From NCBI GenBank assembly GCA_963675745.2, contig CAXXWX010000003.1, positions 192,001-256,000 on the forward strand: 64,000 nucleotides of DNA. Direction: 5' to 3'. Each line of letters starts with the position of its first letter. The stretch's first letter is position 1. Under the pieces are notes generated by a model that made no database searches, was not told the DNA's origin, and was given only the letters and a program-made list of their open reading frames with translations. Source of the stretch: Phycisphaerae bacterium. Lineage in GTDB: Bacteria > Planctomycetota > Phycisphaerae > UBA1845 > Fen-1342. Position numbers and translations under genes: made by a program. This document shows, in pieces, positions 57,519 through 64,000 of this stretch.

Positions 57519-60500
57519 ATGAGCGAACAAGCGGGCAAAAAACACCACAGCCTCAACACCATGCGGCTCCTGAAGGACGCGGCCCTGCCGTCGCACGCGG
57601 AGAACTTCGGGTTGCCGACCGAGATGAGCCGCCGTGGATTGCTCAAGCTGCTGATGGGCGCGTCAGCCGCACTGGCGGTGGGAGTTCCGGGATGCGCGCG
57701 CAAACCGGTACGCAAGATCGTCAGCCGGGCACGCGGCCCGGAGTATCAAAAGCCCGGCAAGCCGCTGTACTACTCGTCAACCTGGACCGACGGGCCCTAT
57801 CCCTACGGGCTGTTGATCAAGACGGTTGACGGCCGCCCGATCAAGATCGAGGGCAACCCGGATCACCCGATCAACCAGGGGACTTCAACGGCCGCCATGC
57901 AGGCCTCGATCCTCTCGCTCTACGATCCGGACCGATTGCGCACGCCAACGCGATCGGGGCAGACGATCTCCTGGCAGGACGTCGACAAGCAGGTCATTGA
58001 CGCGCTGAGCAAAGCCGCGTCGGTTGTGCTGCTGACGCGCGCAACACTGGGTCCGGCCGAACGGGCGCTGATCGACGACTTTCTGGCACGTTGCCCCGCC
58101 GCGCGGCACTTTGTACACGAGCCCGCGCACGACGGCCCGCGCAGAACCGCCTGGCAGCAGATTTACACGAAAGATGGCGAGCTGCTGCCCCGCATCGATC
58201 GGGCGAAGATCATCCTGAGCCTCGAGTGCGACTTCCTCGGCACTGACGGGGCCGTGCTCGAGAATGTCCGTTCGTTTGTGGCGGGGCGCCGACTCGATGA
58301 CGCGGCTCACCAGCATGCTGAGATGAACCGCCTGCATGTGGCCGAAGGTGTCCTGACGCTGACCGGGTCAAACGCCGACCAGCGGTTGCGGCTGCGCCCG
58401 TCGGCGCTTGGGGCACTGGCATTGGCAATCCGTGCGGCGCTTGGCGGCGACGACGCCGCACTGAGCAGCTTTGCCCAGGAACATCACGTCGAGCGCCCCG
58501 TGCTCGACGCCATCGTGCGTGATCTCGCTGAAAATCACGGCGCCGCGCTGGTAGTCGCCGGCGCACACCTGCCCTCATCCGTCCACGCCGCTGTCGCCCT
58601 CTTGAATGATGATCTGGGCGCGGCGGGGCAAACGCTCGAGTGGAATCCCATGCCGGCCGCGCTGCCGGTATCAGATCCGGCCGACGTCCGGGCGGCATTT
58701 GCAACCGGCGTCGACGTGGCCATCTGCGTCGGAGTGAACCCGGTATACGACTGGCCGGACGGCGATTTCAGCGCATTGCTCGCAAAGGCCAACCTCTCGA
58801 TCGGCCACGGGTTGTACGCCGACGAGACCTTATCCGTTTGCAACCTCGCTCTGCCCAGCAATCACTATCTCGAATCGTGGAACGACGCCGAACCGCGAGC
58901 CGGCGTGAAAACTCTCTGCCAACCGGTGATCGCGCCGTTGTTTGATACGCGCCAGGAAGCGGAGTCGCTGTTGATCTGGACGCGTGGACTGGCCGGCGAC
59001 GATGCCGCGTCCGGCGAAACGGAAGACTGGCACGGGTACTTGCAGAATCGCTGGCAGCGGCGACTCGTCAGCGAGGACACGCCCGACGCCACCACGCGCC
59101 GTGCGCGGGCTTGGGAAGACAGCTTGCGCATCGGCGGTGAGTTCGCCGCGACGGTAACACCGTTGCCCGCGCTGAATCGCGACGTTGCCAAAACGCTGGC
59201 TCAATCAGCCTCGCCGGCCGGTGAGTACGAGCTGGTAGTCCTCCCGCACCACGCCGTGCATGACGGACGTTTCGCCGGCAACGGCTGGCTACAGGAGTTG
59301 CCGGACCCGGTCAGCAAGCTGGTCTGGGACAACGCCGCCGCGATCAGCCCCAAGACGGCCGAGCGGCTCAACTTGGCGGAAGGCGATCTGCTGGGCATCA
59401 CTGTCGGGAGTCGATCCGCGATCCTGCCGGCATTGCTCCAACCAGGAATGGCCGATGGCGTCGTCGAGACGACGCTGGGGCATGGCCGATCCGCGGGCGG
59501 CAGCGTCGCGCAGGAGGCGGGCGGCACGAACGTAGCGCCATTGATGGCGGGGCCGGAAGGTCATGCGGCACGCCGATTGGTGCCCGACGTGAAGCTACAC
59601 AGAGACTCGCTGGCGAAGAGCCTGGTGCGCACGCAGAAGCAGGTCTCGATGCACGGGCGCCCCATCGTTCTGGATGGCAATCTTGATGAGTACCGCCACG
59701 CCGCCGATTTCGTGAAGCACAGACGCCATCTGCCAGAGTCGGCCGATCTCTACCAGCCGTACGACTATTCAAAGGGGCACAAATGGGCGATGGCGATAGA
59801 CCTGAACGCGTGCACCGGGTGCGGCGCGTGCATGACCGCCTGCCAGGCGGAGAACAACATCCCGATTGTCGGCCGCGAGCAGTGCGACAAGGGGCGCGAG
59901 ATGCACTGGATACGCATCGACCGCTATCACGCCGGCGACCCCGACAACCCCACCGTGCATCACCAGCCCATGCTCTGCCAGCATTGCGACAACGCCCCTT
60001 GTGAAAACGTCTGCCCGGTCAATGCCACCACACACAGCCCCGACGGGCTGAACGAAATGGTCTACAACCGCTGCGTTGGCACGCGCTACTGTGCCAATAA
60101 CTGCCCGTACAAGGTGCGGCGGTTCAATTTCCTGCGCTTCCAGGAAAAGCGACTGCGCGACCCCGTGCAGGAACTGGTGTTCAATCCGCAGGTGACGGTG
60201 CGCGGCGTGGGGGTGATGGAGAAATGCACGTTCTGCGTACAGCGCATCAACGCCGGCCGGTACACCCTGGCGGATGCGCAAGCGCGCGTGCCGGATGGAA
60301 CAATACAGACGGCCTGCCAGCAGTCCTGCCCCGCCCAGGCGATCGTGTTCGGCGACCTGAATGACCCGGACAGCAAGATCACCAGACTGAGGGCCTCGGG
60401 ACGCGCGTTTCACGTACTGGAAGAGTTAAACGTCAAGCCGAACGTGTCATATCTGGCACGCGTGCGCAACCCGCACCCCGGCGCCGCCCCCAAGACTGAT

Positions 60501-60527
60501 ACCCACGCAGGGAGCCACGAAGGATGA
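57519..60527 (+). CDS. actB: Alternative complex III molybdopterin-oxidoreductase-like / Fe-S subunit
   Basis: TAT motif SRRGLLK plus Cys; [27 protein letters not shown]; ferredoxin motifs CTGCGAC, CQHC..APC, CVGTRYC, EKCTFC. Confidence 0.92.
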   Translation: MSEQAGKKHHSLNTMRLLKDAALPSHAENFGLPTEMSRRGLLKLLMGASAALAVGVPGCARKPVRKIVSRARGPEYQKPGKPLYYSSTWTDGPYPYGLLIKTVDGRPIKIEGNPDHPINQGTSTAAMQASILSLYDPDRLRTPTRSGQTISWQDVDKQVIDALSKAASVVLLTRATLGPAERALIDDFLARCPAARHFVHEPAHDGPRRTAWQQIYTKDGELLPRIDRAKIILSLECDFLGTDGAVLENVRSFVAGRRLDDAAHQHAEMNRLHVAEGVLTLTGSNADQRLRLRPSALGALALAIRAALGGDDAALSSFAQEHHVERPVLDAIVRDLAENHGAALVVAGAHLPSSVHAAVALLNDDLGAAGQTLEWNPMPAALPVSDPADVRAAFATGVDVAICVGVNPVYDWPDGDFSALLAKANLSIGHGLYADETLSVCNLALPSNHYLESWNDAEPRAGVKTLCQPVIAPLFDTRQEAESLLIWTRGLAGDDAASGETEDWHGYLQNRWQRRLVSEDTPDATTRRARAWEDSLRIGGEFAATVTPLPALNRDVAKTLAQSASPAGEYELVVLPHHAVHDGRFAGNGWLQELPDPVSKLVWDNAAAISPKTAERLNLAEGDLLGITVGSRSAILPALLQPGMADGVVETTLGHGRSAGGSVAQEAGGTNVAPLMAGPEGHAARRLVPDVKLHRDSLAKSLVRTQKQVSMHGRPIVLDGNLDEYRHAADFVKHRRHLPESADLYQPYDYSKGHKWAMAIDLNACTGCGACMTACQAENNIPIVGREQCDKGREMHWIRIDRYHAGDPDNPTVHHQPMLCQHCDNAPCENVCPVNATTHSPDGLNEMVYNRCVGTRYCANNCPYKVRRFNFLRFQEKRLRDPVQELVFNPQVTVRGVGVMEKCTFCVQRINAGRYTLADAQARVPDGTIQTACQQSCPAQAIVFGDLNDPDSKITRLRASGRAFHVLEELNVKPNVSYLARVRNPHPGAAPKTDTHAGSHEG

Positions 60528-61903
60528 GTGCGACCCCGATTTCTCTGGCCGCGCCGCCGCTCTTTACGCGCGATGTCAGCCTGCGCCAGATGGACGACGA
60601 CATATTTCGTCCGCTGGAGTCGTTCCCCACCGGTCGGTGGTGGGTGGCGGTGTTGTTGACGGGCACACTGGCGGGCGTGTTCATGGCCTGTGTCGGCATC
60701 ACCGTCACGCAGGGCATCGGCGTGTGGGGCAACAACAACCCGGTCGGTTGGGGCTGGGCGATCGTGAACTTCGTCTTCTGGATCGGGATCGGCCACGCCG
60801 GCACGCTCATTTCCGCCATCCTGTTCCTGCTGCGGCAGCGTTGGCGTACCGGCATCGCGCGGTTCGCCGAGGCCATGACGATTTTTGCGGTGATTTGCGC
60901 GATGCAGTTTCCGCTGATCCACACCGGCCGGCCGTGGCTGGCGATGTTCTGGCTGATCCCCTACCCCAATGATCAAGGAATCTACCAGAACTTCCGCTCA
61001 CCGCTGGAGTGGGACGTCTTCGCCGTCGCCACCTATGGACTTGTCTCGCTGATGTTCTGGTTTACCGGGCTGATCCCCGACCTGGCGATCGCGCGCGACC
61101 GCGCCAAGCACCCGCTGCGCAAGTGCATATACGGCATACTGAGCCTGGGCTGGCGCGGGAGCCACCGCGCGTGGAGCCACTACGAAAAGGCCTACCTGCT
61201 CTTTGCCGGGCTATCCACGCCGCTCGTGCTGTCGGTACACAGTATTGTCTCGTTTGATTTTGCGGTATCGGTGGTTCCGGGCTGGCATACCACCATCTTT
61301 CCGCCGTACTTCGTGGCCGGGGCGATCTTCAGCGGCTTCGGCATGGTGGCCACGCTGATCATCCTGATGCGCTGGATGTTCAAGCTCGAACACTTGATAA
61401 CCACCAATCACCTGGAGTTGATGAACAAGATCACGATCGCGACCTCGCTGATGGTCGGATACGCGTACGCTATCGAGCTTTTCATTGCCTGGTATGGCGG
61501 CATAGGTGTCGAGCGCTTTGCGTTTATGAACCGAGCGCTGGGCCCCTACGCCTGGGCCTACTGGACGATGGTCTTCTGTAACGTCGTGGCCCCGCAGCTT
61601 CTGTGGTTCCGCAAGATCCGCCGTTCGGTGCTGTTAATGTACCCGGTGGTGATTCTGATCAACGTGGGCATGTGGTTTGAGCGGTTCGTGATTGTCGTCA
61701 CCAGCCTGCACCGCGATTATCTGCCATCGAGCTGGGACTATTTCTCGCCAACCTGGATCGACATCGGCCTCTTCACCGGCAGCATCGGCCTGTTCCTGTT
61801 CCTGATGCTGTTGTTCTGCCGCTTCCTCCCCACGATTGCCGCCGCGGAATTGAAGGCCGTCGCGCCAAACGCGCAACCGTCTCATGGAGGGCATCATGGC
61901 TGA
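60524..61903 (+). CDS. actC: Alternative complex III NrfD-type membrane subunit
   Basis: [45 protein letters not shown]. Confidence 0.93.
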   Translation: MSATPISLAAPPLFTRDVSLRQMDDDIFRPLESFPTGRWWVAVLLTGTLAGVFMACVGITVTQGIGVWGNNNPVGWGWAIVNFVFWIGIGHAGTLISAILFLLRQRWRTGIARFAEAMTIFAVICAMQFPLIHTGRPWLAMFWLIPYPNDQGIYQNFRSPLEWDVFAVATYGLVSLMFWFTGLIPDLAIARDRAKHPLRKCIYGILSLGWRGSHRAWSHYEKAYLLFAGLSTPLVLSVHSIVSFDFAVSVVPGWHTTIFPPYFVAGAIFSGFGMVATLIILMRWMFKLEHLITTNHLELMNKITIATSLMVGYAYAIELFIAWYGGIGVERFAFMNRALGPYAWAYWTMVFCNVVAPQLLWFRKIRRSVLLMYPVVILINVGMWFERFVIVVTSLHRDYLPSSWDYFSPTWIDIGLFTGSIGLFLFLMLLFCRFLPTIAAAELKAVAPNAQPSHGGHHG

Positions 61904-62465
61904 GAAGCGCACAAAAACGGTCGGCGTGGTGGGGCTGTACGATGACGTTGACGCGCTGGTGCGCGCCGCCGAGTCGGTGCGCGACGCCGGTCTGCGCAAG
62001 TGGGACTGCCATACGCCCTATCCGGTACACGGACTCGACCGCGCCATGGGACTTAAAGAGTCGCCAATCCCGTACGTAACGCTGATCGTCGGATTCGTCG
62101 GACTGCTGACGGCGATCGCGTTGACCGGCGGGTTGAGCGTTTTTCAGTACCCGATTCGCATCGGCGGCAAGGCGCTCTTCAGTTGGCAGGCCTTTGTCCC
62201 CATCTACTTCGAGCTGTTTGTCCTGTTCGCGGCATTGGCCACGATGGCGTCGATCGTCGTCTTCTGCCGGCTCGGACGCTGGCACTCGCCGCTGCACGAT
62301 TCGGACATTATGCGCGAAATCACCTGCGACCGATTCGCCATCGTGCTTGACGCAGACAACGGCAATCGCGGCGAACAGGAGCTGCGCGGAATACTGGAGA
62401 AGACCGGGTGCAGTGACATCCGGCCCCTGGTGCAATTCGAAGAAGAGGATGATTCGATCATATGA
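61896..62465 (+). CDS. actD: Alternative complex III subunit (DUF3341)
   Basis: [29 protein letters not shown]. Confidence 0.9.
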   Translation: MAEKRTKTVGVVGLYDDVDALVRAAESVRDAGLRKWDCHTPYPVHGLDRAMGLKESPIPYVTLIVGFVGLLTAIALTGGLSVFQYPIRIGGKALFSWQAFVPIYFELFVLFAALATMASIVVFCRLGRWHSPLHDSDIMREITCDRFAIVLDADNGNRGEQELRGILEKTGCSDIRPLVQFEEEDDSII

Positions 62466-63112
62466 GCTCGAACGCGCCACAGGACAATGCGAGCAGCTCG
62501 GAATCCCGCTGGTTTGTGCCGGCGTATAAGGCCACGCTGGTAGCCCTGGTCGCCGCGGCGCTGGTCATTCCGCTGGCCCTCGCGGCGTTGCCGTTTATCG
62601 AGTTCTTCAACGGCATGGCGGCCCAGCCGAAGGCCAAGACGCAGATGCCCTACGGGCGTACTCATGGACAGGAGCTGCTGTCCGAGCGGCCCGCCGTGGA
62701 CGGCACGGTTCCCCGCGGATACGTCGCCTACGAGTTTGCGGAAGTTCCGGCCACGCTTGAGGACGCCAAACGCGTGGGAATGCTGCTCGAGAACCCCCTC
62801 CCGCGTGACATGGAAAACATGCGCCGCGGGCAGGAGCTCTACAATATCTACTGCATCGTGTGCCATGGGAAGCAGGGCCGCGGCGACGGGCCGGTGATCG
62901 GCCCCGATCGCTTTCCGGCCCCCCCATCGCTGCACACCGATCAGGCGCGCGGCTACGCCGACGGCACGATTTACCACATCATCACCAACGGGACGGAGAA
63001 AATGCCGTCTTACGCCGACAAGCTTGAGCCCGACGATCGCTGGCAAGTCGTGCATTACCTGCGCGCTTTGCAGCGCGCCATGAACCCCACGCCGGAGGAT
63101 CTGGAGCCATGA
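62462..63112 (+). CDS. actE: Alternative complex III monoheme cytochrome c
   Basis: GTVPRG, YCIVCHG, MPSYA, RWQVVHYLRALQ. Confidence 0.88.
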   Translation: MSSNAPQDNASSSESRWFVPAYKATLVALVAAALVIPLALAALPFIEFFNGMAAQPKAKTQMPYGRTHGQELLSERPAVDGTVPRGYVAYEFAEVPATLEDAKRVGMLLENPLPRDMENMRRGQELYNIYCIVCHGKQGRGDGPVIGPDRFPAPPSLHTDQARGYADGTIYHIITNGTEKMPSYADKLEPDDRWQVVHYLRALQRAMNPTPEDLEP

Positions 63113-64000
63113 GCAGCGACTGCGCGCCACCCATGACGGAGTTGGTCGCCGCCCCGCGTGCCAACCTGCGGCTGGACCGGGTCGCCGGCGGCCTGTTGGC
63201 GGTCGGTGCGTTGCTCAGCGTGGCAGCGCTGTTCGGCGCCGAGAGCCGGGCGCGCTTCGGGTTCGCGTACATCTGGGGTTTCGCTTTCGTCTGGACCACC
63301 GTGCTGGGGTGCCTGTTCTTCATCGGCTTGCAGCACCTGACCCGCTCGGTCTGGTCGGTGGTCATGCGGCGCACCGCCGAGGTGTTTGTATCACCAATGT
63401 GGCTGCTGGGCATTCTCTTTCTGCCGGTGCTGCTGTTTGTGTTGATGCCGCATACATTCCCGGTGTTCCCCTGGGCTGATGCCGAGTACGTCGCGCATGA
63501 CGCGCTCCTTTCCGGCAAGCAGCCCTATTTGAACACGCCCTTCTTCATCGCCCGGGCAGTCGCGTATTTCGCGATCTGGATTGGGTTCGCACGGTACTTC
63601 GTCAACACCTCGCTGGCCCAGGATCGCGGCCACGGCGGCATCGAAGCCTCACTGGGCGTACGCAAATGGTCGGCACCTTTCATGCTGCTCTTCGCGGTCA
63701 GCGCCACATTCGCCTCGTTTGACTGGCTGATGAGCCTCGACCCCCATTGGTTCAGCACGATCTTCGGCGTATACGTATTCTCGGGGATGGTGCTCGCCGC
63801 AGTCGCGGTGATCACGATCACGACGGTCAAGCTGCGTGAGAGCGGGCGTCTGGGGGCGGGTGTGGTGACCGGCGATCATCTCTACAGCCTGGGCGCGTTG
63901 CTCTTTGCCTTCAGTTGCTTCTGGGCGTACATCGCGTTCAGCCAGTACATGCTCATCTGGTACGCCAATATCCCCGAGGAGACGCCCTACATGGTTCATC
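63109..64000 (+). CDS. actF: Alternative complex III membrane subunit, partial (runs off the window)
   Basis: ATGA overlap with actE; LGCLFF..LQHL...WS, K.PYLN.PFF, FDWLMSLDPHWFSTIFG, IWYANIPEE. Confidence 0.88.
   Translation, partial: MSSDCAPPMTELVAAPRANLRLDRVAGGLLAVGALLSVAALFGAESRARFGFAYIWGFAFVWTTVLGCLFFIGLQHLTRSVWSVVMRRTAEVFVSPMWLLGILFLPVLLFVLMPHTFPVFPWADAEYVAHDALLSGKQPYLNTPFFIARAVAYFAIWIGFARYFVNTSLAQDRGHGGIEASLGVRKWSAPFMLLFAVSATFASFDWLMSLDPHWFSTIFGVYVFSGMVLAAVAVITITTVKLRESGRLGAGVVTGDHLYSLGALLFAFSCFWAYIAFSQYMLIWYANIPEETPYMVH

Noticed and set aside
1..64000. tRNA, rRNA, CRISPR array, intact transposase or prophage
   Set aside because: None recognised by eye; no regularly spaced repeats seen

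Overview
GC-rich bacterial DNA whose gene types (DUF1559/H-X9-DG prepilin-type proteins, PEP-CTERM proteins, dockerin-like C-terminal tails) point to a planctomycete, probably Phycisphaerae (inference). Positions 1-46.6 kb form a large beta-glucan utilization region with no recognisable SusC/SusD pair. It has two parts: a beta-1,2-glucan-type module (GH144-like enzymes, GH94 phosphorylase, ABC transporter) and a beta-1,3-glucan module (three GH16, a GH158/GH2-like enzyme, tandem GH17, ABC transporter, GH161-like phosphorylase, two LacI regulators). Both parts contain DUF1559 pilin-like genes, PEP-CTERM genes and secreted proteins with dockerin-like tails, and each has its own operator motif. 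A decayed accessory island (14.2-21.1 kb) separates them. It carries an IS end, a 46-bp palindrome resembling phage telomere-resolution sites, an internally deleted ECF sigma gene, AraC and a RusA fragment. The right end holds DUF1559-iscS-rsmE (frameshifted), a phlACB/archaeal-type HMGS-thiolase-DUF35 cluster lacking its catalytic cysteines plus a crotonase, cca, a Fur/PerR-ferritin-rubredoxin-AhpC cluster and alternative complex III (actABCDEF, truncated by the window end). All family assignments come from motif recognition; no database search was run.
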